Shown: piece after piece, positions 40,164 through 49,386 of the stretch
Layout of the letters: each line of letters starts with the position of its first letter
Numbering within the stretch: position 1 is the first letter of the stretch
DNA from: Alphaproteobacteria bacterium
GTDB lineage: Bacteria > Pseudomonadota > Alphaproteobacteria > Bin95
Length of the DNA stretch: 64,000 nt
Assembly (NCBI GenBank): GCA_964291285.2
Contig: OZ219789.1
Location: forward strand, 160,001-224,000
Reading direction: 5' to 3'
The notes under the pieces: generated by a model
The model's database searches: none
What the model was told of the DNA's origin: nothing
Seen by the model: the letters and a program-made list of their open reading frames with translations, nothing else
Position numbers and translations under genes: made by a program

Positions 40164-43100
40164 TCAGCGCCCTCCCGCCAGCAACGCATCGACATGCCCG
40201 GCCGCACGGACGGAGACCTCTTCGACTGACCGGGAGAGGGCTTCGAACACCAGTTTGCCGCCGGACCGGCCGATCACGCCGGCCAGCGCCAACCTCGTCG
40301 CGTCTTCGACAAGCCGTCCGTCGGCGGCCAATTGCGCAAGGCCCCATAGGTTGCGCCAGAGCCGCGCGGCTTCCGCAAGGTCCTCCGCCGCCCCGGCGCC
40401 GATGGACCCCAGGGCGTGTGCGGTCTCGAAGACCTCCGCCGCACCGCCCTCCAGGATTGCCGGCCGCTCGGCTGCGTGGAGCAGCCGCAGGAAATCCGCC
40501 GCCGCGTCCACGTCCCGCAACCCGCCCGGTCTGTGTTCGATGGCCCAGACACCGCCATCGCCCTCCGCCCTCTGTCCGCGCATGGCGGCCAGCCCGGAGG
40601 CCAGCGGGCCCGCCGGGCGGGGTGCAGCCAGCGCGGCCCGCTGCGCCTCCTCGAACCCGTCTCCCAATCCGCCCTCGGACCAGATGGCCCGGGCGTGCCG
40701 CAGCGCCGCGAGTTCCGGGGCTTCGGCGCGCTCGTGCGGATAGTCCAGAAAGGCCTGCAGCGAACAGGCGAGCGGACCGCTGCTTCCCGTCGCCCGCGGG
40801 CGCATGTCGGTCCGGTAGAGACCGCCTTCCGCCGTTTCCGCCGTCAAGGCGGCCATCAGGCGGCGGCAGAGCCGCGCATAATAGGTGTCCGGGTCCAGCG
40901 GCCTCGGGCCGTCCGACGCCTTGCCTTCATGGTCGTAAAGCAGCATGAGGTCGAGCTCCGAGCTGACCGTCATCTCGCGGCACCCGAGGTCGCCGAACGC
41001 GAGCACCGCCGCCCGTCCGCCCGGCACGCGCCCATGGGCCGCGGCGAACACCTTCTGCACCGCCGGCATCAGCGCGCCGACGCACACATCGGCAATGTCG
41101 GCCAATGGCGGCGCGGCCTCTTCCGGAGAGAGCCGCCCGCGCAGCATATGGGCGCCGATCTGGAACAGGCGGTCGTTCGCCCAGCGCCGCACGGCATCCA
41201 GCAGGTCCAGAAGGTCGCCCGCACGGCCTGCCGCCGCCTCCAGCTCCGCCTGCATCTCCGCCCGGCCGAACTCCCGCGCGTAGAAGAGCCGCACCAGCCC
41301 CCTCCGGGCGGCCTCGGCCATCTCCGGCTCCAGTCCCTCGTCGTCCGGCAGGTCGAGATCGGTAAAATCGCGGCTGAGCGCGCTTTCCAGCAGCAACGGA
41401 CGGCGCGTCATCCAGCCGGCAAGCAACGGCGCGGACCCGACGACATCGGTGACGATGCCGAGCAGTTCTGGCCGCGCCGCCAGCAGGGAAAACAGCCGCC
41501 GGTCTGGCGGCAGCCCGGCCAGGAACCGGTCGAAGCGCGACAGGGCCGCATCCGGGTCCGGCGCAGCCGCAAAGGCCGCAAGGATATTCGGTAACAACCT
41601 TGCAAGCAGCGCGCGCGCCTCCTCGCTTCGCAACACCGGCGCCCCGCCCGTCAGCCAGCGCCGCACCATCGCCGCGCCCTCTCCGGCACCGGCATAGCCC
41701 ATGCCCGTCAGCGCCGTTTCCGCTGCGCCCTCCGCCTGGAAATCCACGCCTTCGGCGTCCGGCGCGTCCAGCCGATCCTCGAACAGCGCCCCGTAATGGC
41801 GTTCCACCGCCGCAATATGCGCATTCAGCCGGTCTTCGAACGCGCCGGCGGAGGGGAAAGCCAGGAAGGCCGCTATGCCGGCGATACCCGAGTCGCTGTC
41901 GGGCAGGCTGTGGGTCTGCCGGTCGTCCACCATTTGCAGGCGGTGCTCGACGCCGCGCTGAAAGCCGTAAGCCGTCCGAAGCTCCGCCGCCGCATCGGGC
42001 TCGACATGGCCCGCCGACACCAGCGCCTCCAGCGACTCCAGCGTGGCGCATCCGCGAAGGCCGAGGTCCCGCCCGCCCCAGAGGAGCTGCTGCGCCTGCA
42101 CGAAGAACTCGATCTCGCGGATGCCGCCGCGGCCGAGCTTGACATTGTGCCCCTCGAGCCCCTCGCCGCCCGCGCCGCGAGAGGCGTCGATCTGCTCCTT
42201 GATCGCGCGGATGTCCTGCGCCGCGGCGAAATCGAGATGGCGGCGCCAGATGAAGGGCTGCAGGGTCTCCAGGAACGCCTCGCCCGCCTCGATATCGCCG
42301 GCGACCGGCCGCGCCTTGATCATCGCCGCCCGTTCCCAGTTGCGCCCGGCGGTGCGGTAATAGACTTCCGCGGAGCGCACCGAGACGGCGGGCGGGGTCG
42401 ATCCCGGGTCGGGGCGCAGCCTGAGGTCGGTCCGGAAGACATAACCCTGCGCGGTCTGCTGGCCCATGATGCGCACCAGGCCCTGCGCCAGCCGCGCGAA
42501 GGCCCGCTGTACGCCGCGCCTGCCGATATAGGGCGTGCGATCCTGATCGTAGAACAGGATCAGGTCGATATCGCTGGAATAGTTGAGTTCCGAGGCGCCG
42601 AGCTTGCCCATGCCGAGCGCAAACAGGCCGGAACCCCGCTCCGGATCGTCGGGATCCGGCAGCGCCAGTTCGCCTGCCTCGTGCAGGCCGCGCAGCAGAT
42701 GCCGCATGGCCGCACCGAGCGTCGCCTCCGCAAACCCGGAGAGCGCGCCCGTCACCTTCTCCAGCGGCCAGACGCCGGTGATGTCCCCGAGCGCGATGGC
42801 GAGCGCCGCGCGCCGCTTGGCGCGGCGGAGACGGAGCATGATGTCGGCTGTCGATTCCTCCGCGAAGCCCGTGCGGTCGACAGCCGCCTCATGGGCCGCC
42901 CGGCCGGCCGCATCCGGCCCGGCCTCCAGCGCCAGCCGCGCGAAGCCGGGATCGGAGATCAGGCTCTGGCTCAGATAGGGGCTGTTGGAGAATATCGAGG
43001 ACAGGAGCCGCCCGGCCGCCGGGTCCTCCTCCGCCTCCAGCATGAAGGCGCGGAGCCCGCCGTCTTCCGCCTCGTCCGCCGCCTCGCGCCAGCGCCGCCA

Positions 43101-43181
43101 GCAGGTCTCCGCCGCCTCGATATCCGCAACGACCGGCAGTTCGCCGCCGCCGTCGATCCACTCTCCCGGCAGACCTGCCAT
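40164..43181 (-). CDS. glnE: Glutamine synthetase adenylyltransferase/removase GlnE-like (C-terminal domain divergent)
   Basis: N-half GMGKLGASELNYSSDIDL, FRTDLRLRPDP, WERAAMIKAR, HNVKLGRGGIREIEF; duplicated second nucleotidyltransferase domain; 1005 aa. Confidence 0.9.
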   Translation of the reverse strand: MAGLPGEWIDGGGELPVVADIEAAETCWRRWREAADEAEDGGLRAFMLEAEEDPAAGRLLSSIFSNSPYLSQSLISDPGFARLALEAGPDAAGRAAHEAAVDRTGFAEESTADIMLRLRRAKRRAALAIALGDITGVWPLEKVTGALSGFAEATLGAAMRHLLRGLHEAGELALPDPDDPERGSGLFALGMGKLGASELNYSSDIDLILFYDQDRTPYIGRRGVQRAFARLAQGLVRIMGQQTAQGYVFRTDLRLRPDPGSTPPAVSVRSAEVYYRTAGRNWERAAMIKARPVAGDIEAGEAFLETLQPFIWRRHLDFAAAQDIRAIKEQIDASRGAGGEGLEGHNVKLGRGGIREIEFFVQAQQLLWGGRDLGLRGCATLESLEALVSAGHVEPDAAAELRTAYGFQRGVEHRLQMVDDRQTHSLPDSDSGIAGIAAFLAFPSAGAFEDRLNAHIAAVERHYGALFEDRLDAPDAEGVDFQAEGAAETALTGMGYAGAGEGAAMVRRWLTGGAPVLRSEEARALLARLLPNILAAFAAAPDPDAALSRFDRFLAGLPPDRRLFSLLAARPELLGIVTDVVGSAPLLAGWMTRRPLLLESALSRDFTDLDLPDDEGLEPEMAEAARRGLVRLFYAREFGRAEMQAELEAAAGRAGDLLDLLDAVRRWANDRLFQIGAHMLRGRLSPEEAAPPLADIADVCVGALMPAVQKVFAAAHGRVPGGRAAVLAFGDLGCREMTVSSELDLMLLYDHEGKASDGPRPLDPDTYYARLCRRLMAALTAETAEGGLYRTDMRPRATGSSGPLACSLQAFLDYPHERAEAPELAALRHARAIWSEGGLGDGFEEAQRAALAAPRPAGPLASGLAAMRGQRAEGDGGVWAIEHRPGGLRDVDAAADFLRLLHAAERPAILEGGAAEVFETAHALGSIGAGAAEDLAEAARLWRNLWGLAQLAADGRLVEDATRLALAGVIGRSGGKLVFEALSRSVEEVSVRAAGHVDALLAGGR

Positions 43182-43247
43182 CCGGAGCCGCCTCGCGATC
43201 AGGGGATTCCTGAAAAGCTGCGCCTTTTTGCGCGGGCGTTCAACGGG

Positions 43248-44396
43248 CTAGCCGGCGCCGGCGCCCGCACGTGTTTCCTCCAGCACCTGGTCCACCACGG
43301 CGTGCAGCGCCTCCCGATGGTCCGCCCCTTCGATCCGGCATAGCTCGTAGCGCTCAAGCTGCCGGTCCGCGGACGGGCCGTCATACAGGATCGCCGCAAT
43401 CCGGCGGAGGTCCTCCTCGCAGCCGAGGGCGCGGGCGTCCTCGGCAACATCCTCCACCAGCGCCTCGGCGCAGTCCGCGATATCGACCCGCCCACCGCCT
43501 TCCACGTCGCCGATAAAGGCAAGCGTTCCATAGCGTTGGGCCAGCCAGCAGTTCTCGGTGATGATCTCGGTCCGCGGCTCGGGCGGCAGCCCTTCACCCT
43601 CGTCCTGCCGCAACAGCCTCCGCAGCAGCGAGGCGTAGAGGGCGGCCAAGGCTATCGACTCGTCCATGCGCGGGCAGATGTCGCAACTCCGGAGTTCGAT
43701 CGTCGGATAGGCGTGGGAAGGACGGATATCCGTGCGCAACTCGCTGCTGTCCCGGATCGCGCCGATACGCCTGTACGCTTCCACCAGGCCGTCGAACTCG
43801 GCCTGCGAGCGGAACGGGCCGGGAAGGCCGGTGCGCGGGAGCGCCCCGATGATGATCGGCCGGTATGACTTGAAGCCGGTATAGCCGCCCGAGTTGAAGG
43901 GAGAGGACGCCGAGAGCGCGATGAACACCGGCAGATGGCGCCGGATCGCCGTCATCACGCGCAGGCGCGAGTCCGGACCGCCGAAGCCGGCATGAATGTG
44001 CATGCCGCCGACCAGGAAGCGGCGCACGGCTTCCTGCATCGCCATCTCGGCTTCGCGGTAGCGCGCCTTCGGCGTCACCTGCTGCTCCCGCCAGGCTGCG
44101 AAGGGGTGCGTCGAGGCCGCCATCGCCCGCGCGCCGTGCGCCTCCGCCGACTCGACCACCAGCCGGCGCGTTTCGGCAAGCGCCGTGCGCAGGTCCGCTA
44201 TCGAGGAGCAGACCCGCGTGTTGGTCTCGACCTGGGAGCGCAGCAGCTCCGGCACCACCGTATGCGGGCCGCTCTCGCGTTCGCAGCGTTCCATGATCCC
44301 CGGGTCGGGGTCGGCGATGATGTCGCGCGTGTCGGGATCGACCAGGAAGAACTCCTCCTCGATGCCGAACGTGAATGTCAGGCCGGAATCCGTCAT
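43248..44396 (-). CDS. Carboxylate-amine ligase (YbdK/GCS2 family)
   Basis: FGIEEEFFLVD, AASTHPF, GMHIH, LSASSPF, DIRPS..YPTIELR. Confidence 0.92.
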   Translation of the reverse strand: MTDSGLTFTFGIEEEFFLVDPDTRDIIADPDPGIMERCERESGPHTVVPELLRSQVETNTRVCSSIADLRTALAETRRLVVESAEAHGARAMAASTHPFAAWREQQVTPKARYREAEMAMQEAVRRFLVGGMHIHAGFGGPDSRLRVMTAIRRHLPVFIALSASSPFNSGGYTGFKSYRPIIIGALPRTGLPGPFRSQAEFDGLVEAYRRIGAIRDSSELRTDIRPSHAYPTIELRSCDICPRMDESIALAALYASLLRRLLRQDEGEGLPPEPRTEIITENCWLAQRYGTLAFIGDVEGGGRVDIADCAEALVEDVAEDARALGCEEDLRRIAAILYDGPSADRQLERYELCRIEGADHREALHAVVDQVLEETRAGAGAG

Positions 44397-44438
44397 CGAC
44401 CGTCCTCCCGCTGGCGGCAGCTTTACGACTCCCGGGTA

Positions 44439-45569
44439 CTACGGCAGCGGCGGCGTCATTTGAAGGGTGAGACATGCCTTCCGGGCATGCGTCCAGTCTT
44501 CCTCGCTCATAGCGGGTCGAACGCTCCGGCGTTCGGCGCTCCGGATATGCGCCAGACGCTCTTCGGTCGGGGGGTGGGTGGAGAGCATGCGGACCAGCAG
44601 CCCGTCCCCGTCCTTCTCCCGTTCCTTCAAGCGCGCAAAGAAATCCGCGAGTCCCTGCGTGCCGATTCCCGCAGCCTCCAGGCGCGCCAGGGCGAAAGCA
44701 TCCGCATCGCGCTCGGCGTCGCGCGAATAGCCGGTGTTGACCAGCCATTCCGCAAGCCCGCCGGCCAGGGTGCCGCCCGTCAGGTCGCCGAACAGCACGC
44801 CGACCAGGAGCGCTACGGCGAAGGACCGGTAGAGGGCGCGGGTGGAATGGTCGTGGGCGAGGTGGCCGAGCTCGTGCGCCGCGATGCCCGCGATTTCCTC
44901 CGCGCTGCCGGCATGGACCAGCAGCCCCCGGGTGAAGACCATGATTCCTCCTGGCAGCGCAAAGGCATTGACCAGGAGGGTATTCACCACGACCACCCGC
45001 ACCGTCGGCGGGTCCGGCAGGTCCGCGGCGAGACGGTCCGCAAGCCGTTGCAGCGCGGCCTGCCCGTCTTCCCAGGAGCAGAAGCGCTGGCGGCTTGCCG
45101 GCCCGGCCGGCCCCGGCAGCAGCTCGGCGACCTGCACGAGAACCGTCCGCCCCAGGCGGTATTTCGCGGAGTCCGGGGTGACGGCCGCAAGCTGCGCCGC
45201 CAGCAATGGAATAAGCACCAGCACGATCCCGGCAACCGACCCGGCGGCCAGCGCGGCCCAGACCGCAATCCGCGCGACCGCCCGTCCGGAGGTCCTTTGC
45301 CGGCTCCGGAGGCGCGGCGCCGCTTCGCCGAGTGCCGCCACTATGCCCGGATCCTCCACGACAAGCCGCGCCGTCGTGCCGGCCAGCCCGAGCCGCACCG
45401 GTTCGCCCGGCCTCGGCTTCTCGACCAGCCGGACGCGCTCGCCCGGCCAGGAGCCGACCACCGGCCCCGCCTCGTCGAAGATGGCGAGCCCGGTCGCCGC
45501 AATCTCCACCTCGACCGGCCGGGACCGCGCCGTCAGCCCGTCATAGTAGCGCGCCGGATACCGGGCCAT
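44439..45569 (-). CDS. M48 family metallopeptidase
   Basis: NAFALPGG, AHELGH (HExxH), YSRDAERDAD, LSTHP. Confidence 0.92.
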   Translation of the reverse strand: MARYPARYYDGLTARSRPVEVEIAATGLAIFDEAGPVVGSWPGERVRLVEKPRPGEPVRLGLAGTTARLVVEDPGIVAALGEAAPRLRSRQRTSGRAVARIAVWAALAAGSVAGIVLVLIPLLAAQLAAVTPDSAKYRLGRTVLVQVAELLPGPAGPASRQRFCSWEDGQAALQRLADRLAADLPDPPTVRVVVVNTLLVNAFALPGGIMVFTRGLLVHAGSAEEIAGIAAHELGHLAHDHSTRALYRSFAVALLVGVLFGDLTGGTLAGGLAEWLVNTGYSRDAERDADAFALARLEAAGIGTQGLADFFARLKEREKDGDGLLVRMLSTHPPTEERLAHIRSAERRSVRPAMSEEDWTHARKACLTLQMTPPLP

Positions 45570-45572
45570 GCT

Positions 45573-46778
45573 TCAGAACCCGCCGACATCGAAGGCCTCC
45601 GCCGCCCCCTCGCCGTAGCCCGGCACGGCGGCGGAGGCCTGCAAGACCTCGTCCAAAGCCCCGGCGTTCGAGATGTCCAGCGTCTCGCAGGCATGCTTCA
45701 GCAGAGGGATGTCCAGGAACAGGACTCGGACTATTCCGGAGAACAGCAGCACTAACAGAGCCGGGACAAAGACAATCATAACGGCAATTACGCCTTCTAT
45801 CCCCCCGGTACTTACAGAGATAAACGCGATCAAAAATGCAATGGTCCCGAGCAATACACCCAACGCTAACATGACAAGGGAAAAGATAAAGAAGCGGCCA
45901 AAAACGAATTGGCTCCGGACCGCAGACGAAAAACCTGTACCGCCGACGGTCAGGCACCCTGCCATATGCCGGAATTCGACCACCCGGTACCAAATCCAGA
46001 GGAAAAAGCTCGTCAACAACAGAAACAGCGGCCAGTATGTCATGGAAGCGAAGACAATATCCGTTGTCTCATAAAGCTCCTGATCGATGAAGAACGCGAT
46101 CGTTTCGAGGTTTTCGAAATTCAGGATCGCAAAAAGCCCCAAAGCCCCGGCAAACGAACCAGGGACGGCTGCCCAGCGCCGAAGCAGCCAGACGGGATTC
46201 GGTGTAAGACCGAGACCCGCAGTGCCGAAATAGGCATGTTGCGCGAAGTAACGGAGAGTCGCGCTCCGCATCCAGGGATAGGCGAGCCCGAGCGTCGCCG
46301 CCGTCAGCAGGCCGTAGCCGAAGGCGATGCGCGCATAGGCGAGCGACGAGCCGCCGAGCCCGAAACGCACGCCGCGCCAGGCCGTGCGTGTCAGCCGGTA
46401 GCGGCGCATGCGGTAGATGGCGATCTGGATCAGGAAGAACAGCACCAGATAGTAGAGCACTTCGAGCGCGAGCAGCGCATGGCCCGGTCCGTCCGCGAAC
46501 AGGAATTGCAGCAGCGAGTAGGCAGCGAACACGGGCAGCAGCACGGCGACGGCGATCAGGAAGCCGATGAACAGCTCGCCGCCCGTGCCGAGATATTCGA
46601 GCGCGTCGTCCAGCAGCGCCGTATGGCGCCAGACGAACCGCCGGACATGCGTGCGCCCCCAGAAGCGGTAGATGCCGAGCGTCAGGATCGAGAAGAGGAG
46701 ATTACGGAACAAAAGCCCCGCCAGCGGGCCCCGCCGGCCCTTGAACCGCGCCGCCTGCCCCGGTATGCCGTCCGCCAT
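45573..46778 (-). CDS. YjgN (DUF898) family membrane protein
   Basis: LTLGIYRFWG, LEYLGTGGELF, TAWRGVRF, TLGLAYPW; usual partner of the M48 peptidase. Confidence 0.88.
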   Translation of the reverse strand: MADGIPGQAARFKGRRGPLAGLLFRNLLFSILTLGIYRFWGRTHVRRFVWRHTALLDDALEYLGTGGELFIGFLIAVAVLLPVFAAYSLLQFLFADGPGHALLALEVLYYLVLFFLIQIAIYRMRRYRLTRTAWRGVRFGLGGSSLAYARIAFGYGLLTAATLGLAYPWMRSATLRYFAQHAYFGTAGLGLTPNPVWLLRRWAAVPGSFAGALGLFAILNFENLETIAFFIDQELYETTDIVFASMTYWPLFLLLTSFFLWIWYRVVEFRHMAGCLTVGGTGFSSAVRSQFVFGRFFIFSLVMLALGVLLGTIAFLIAFISVSTGGIEGVIAVMIVFVPALLVLLFSGIVRVLFLDIPLLKHACETLDISNAGALDEVLQASAAVPGYGEGAAEAFDVGGF

Positions 46779-46888
46779 CCGCCCTGCTCTCCGGTCCTGC
46801 AACTCCCCCGGAGCCGCTATAGCATGAGCCGGCGGCGCCCCGTAAGCTGGCGGGCCGTTGCGAGGCAGGATTGGAAGGCGACGAAACC

Positions 46889-47512
46889 GTGAGCGCAGTC
46901 GCATCCGGCGGAAAGAGCTTCTACGGCGCCCGGCTCGGGCTGCTGGTGCGCCGGACGCGCTTTCCCCGGCTGCCCGGCGACCCGGCCAATGCCCGCAGTT
47001 TCCCTTTCAGCCTGCGCTACGCCGTGCTGGAGCAGGCCGACCGGGAGACGGCGCTGGAAGCCGCCGAACGCCTGCTGGACGAGGGCGCGGAAGGCATCGG
47101 CCTCGCCTTCAACGCGGAATTCGACCTTGCGGACGCACTCGATGCGCCCTTCGCCGGCAGGCTCGCGGCGCAGCGCAGCCTCGTCGAAGCCATGCTCCCG
47201 CCCGACGCCGAGGTCGGCGTGCTGGCTTTCTCCGGAGACAATGACAGGATCGCGGCGCCCGGCTATCTCGCCGACGCCGTGGCGGCGGACGAGGACAGGC
47301 TCGATGTGGAGCGCGCGCGGAACAGCCTCCTGGATGCGGCGACGCAGGCCGCGTCCAACCGGCCCGCCATCGCCGCCTGGCTGCTGGACGAGCCGGAGAT
47401 GGGCCCCTTCGCAGCCGATGTCCGCGCCGCCACCGCCCGGCCCGTCTATGACCGGACCCGCTTCCTCGCCTGGTTCCACGCCAGCCTCGCGCCGAGGGCG
47501 TTCCCGCGATGA
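46889..47512 (+). CDS. Aspartate/glutamate racemase-like protein lacking catalytic cysteines
   Basis: RFPRLPGDPANARSFPF N-terminus parallels the next gene (RFPRVPGDMGNGDTWPF); no Cys in 207 aa. Confidence 0.75.
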   Translation: MSAVASGGKSFYGARLGLLVRRTRFPRLPGDPANARSFPFSLRYAVLEQADRETALEAAERLLDEGAEGIGLAFNAEFDLADALDAPFAGRLAAQRSLVEAMLPPDAEVGVLAFSGDNDRIAAPGYLADAVAADEDRLDVERARNSLLDAATQAASNRPAIAAWLLDEPEMGPFAADVRAATARPVYDRTRFLAWFHASLAPRAFPR

Positions 47513-48219
47513 CGGTCGCGCTCGGAGGCGCGCCCACAGGCGGGGCGGCGCTCGGCATCCTCATGCTGGACGCCCGCTTCCCGCGCGTGCCGGGCGACAT
47601 GGGCAATGGCGACACCTGGCCCTTCCCGGTGCTCTACGAGATCGTGCGGGGCGCCACGCCGGAGCGGGTAGTGCGCCGCCGCGCCGAAGGGCTGGACGGC
47701 GACTTCCTCGACGCCGCCCGGCGGCTGGTGGACCGCGGCTCAACGGCGCTCACCACGGTTTGCGGCTTCCTGTCGCTCTTCCAGTCCGAACTCGCCGCCC
47801 ATGCCGGCGTGCCGGTCGCCTCATCGACCCTGATGCAGGTGCCGGCGCTGGACGGGATGCTCCCGCCCGGCAAACGCACGGGCGTCATTACGGTCAGCCA
47901 CGAGAGCCTTTGGGACGACCACTTCACCGCCGTCGGCGCGCCGGCCGACACGCCGGTCGAGGGCACCGAAGGCGGGCGCGAACTCACCCGCGTGCTGATC
48001 GGCAACCGGCCCTGGCTCGACATGGGCGCCGCCGAAGCCGATGTCACGGCCGCCGCCCGCCGCCTCACGGCGCGCTGCCCGGAGGTCGGCGCCATCGTGC
48101 TCGAATGCGCCAACATGGCCCCCTACGCCGCCGCCGTCCGCCGCGAGACGGGCTTGCCCGTCCACGACATCTACAGCTTCATCACCTGGGTGCATTCCGG
48201 CTTCGCCGACGCGCGGTAG
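47509..48219 (+). CDS. Aspartate/glutamate racemase family protein
   Basis: TTVCGF and LECANM two-Cys motifs; ATGA overlap. Confidence 0.88.
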   Translation: MTVALGGAPTGGAALGILMLDARFPRVPGDMGNGDTWPFPVLYEIVRGATPERVVRRRAEGLDGDFLDAARRLVDRGSTALTTVCGFLSLFQSELAAHAGVPVASSTLMQVPALDGMLPPGKRTGVITVSHESLWDDHFTAVGAPADTPVEGTEGGRELTRVLIGNRPWLDMGAAEADVTAAARRLTARCPEVGAIVLECANMAPYAAAVRRETGLPVHDIYSFITWVHSGFADAR

Positions 48220-48233
48220 ACGGCCAGCGGCTC

Positions 48234-49298
48234 CTATCCCCCGGAAATACCGGCGACCACCCTGTCGGCGAAGGCGCGCGTGCCGAGCGGGCCGCCGAGG
48301 TCCGGCGTGCGCGTCTCCGGCGAGGCGAGCAGCGTCTCGACGGTCCGTTCCAGCACCCGCGAGGCTTCCATGAGCGTGTTGTTCTGCTCCCGCACCCCCT
48401 TCCAGGCGAGCAGCTGGGCCGTCGAGAACAGGAGCGCGCTCGGGTTGGCCTCGTCCCTGCCGGCGATGTCGGGCGCGCTGCCGTGCGCGGCCTGCGCCAC
48501 CGCCACCCGGTCGCCCGCATTGATCGAGCCGCCGAGCCCGAGGCCGCCCGAAAGCTCGGCGGCGAGGTTGGACAGTATGTCGCCGAACATGTTGGTGCAG
48601 AGCAGCACGTCGAAGCGCTCGGGCTCGCGCACGAGCAGCGCCGCCGCCGCGTCCACATGCACATCGTCCGCCTCGACGTCGGGCCATTCAGCGGCAACGT
48701 CGTATGCCACGCGCTCGAACAGCCCGTCCGTGTGTTTCAGCACGTTCGACTTGTGGACGATCGTGACCTTGCGCCGCCGGTCGCGCGCCGCTGCAAAGGC
48801 CGCGCGCGCAATACGCTCCGAGCCCTTGCGGGTGATCTTGCGGACCGCGAGCCCCACATCCTCGGTCGCCATGAACTCGCCCGTCCCCGCAAACATGTTG
48901 CGGTCGGCGTAGAAGCCCTCGGTGTTCTCGCGCGCGACCAGCAGGTCCATGCCGGGCGCGAGCGCCGGCACGCCCTCGAGCGCCCGGCTCGGACGCATGT
49001 TGGCGTAGAGTTCCAGCCGCGTGCGGACGGCGGCGCTCGGATTGACGCCGCCCTCCTCCGGCGGCGGGTAGGCCGCCGTATCGACCGGGCCGAGGATCGT
49101 CAGATCCGCCGCGCGCACCGCCGCCTCTGCGGCATCCGGCCACGTCGTCCCGTCCCGTTCCAGCGCATCCAGGCCGACGCGGCCTTCCGAGAGTTGCAAT
49201 CCGAGCGCGAAGCGGGCGTCCAGCGCCTCCAGCGCCCGCCTTGCCGCCGCCGCGATCTCGGGACCGATGCCGTCGCCCGGAAGGATCAGAACCTGCAT
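48234..49298 (-). CDS. Isocitrate/isopropylmalate dehydrogenase family protein
   Basis: LPGDGIGPEI, RENTEGFY, NMFGDILS, HGSAPDIAG, TPDLGG. Confidence 0.93.
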   Translation of the reverse strand: MQVLILPGDGIGPEIAAAARRALEALDARFALGLQLSEGRVGLDALERDGTTWPDAAEAAVRAADLTILGPVDTAAYPPPEEGGVNPSAAVRTRLELYANMRPSRALEGVPALAPGMDLLVARENTEGFYADRNMFAGTGEFMATEDVGLAVRKITRKGSERIARAAFAAARDRRRKVTIVHKSNVLKHTDGLFERVAYDVAAEWPDVEADDVHVDAAAALLVREPERFDVLLCTNMFGDILSNLAAELSGGLGLGGSINAGDRVAVAQAAHGSAPDIAGRDEANPSALLFSTAQLLAWKGVREQNNTLMEASRVLERTVETLLASPETRTPDLGGPLGTRAFADRVVAGISGG

Positions 49299-49386
49299 TG
49301 GAGCTTTGCCTCCTGCGCCAATTGATTTCCTGCGCCGCTCGCCTATGGTCCGGCGCCCACTCAGGCAAGAGAGGAGTTCCCTGCCA

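Noticed and set aside
49299-49386. SAM riboswitch upstream of metY
   Set aside because: The 88-bp divergent intergenic region shows no SAM-II or SAM-SAH consensus that I can recognise.
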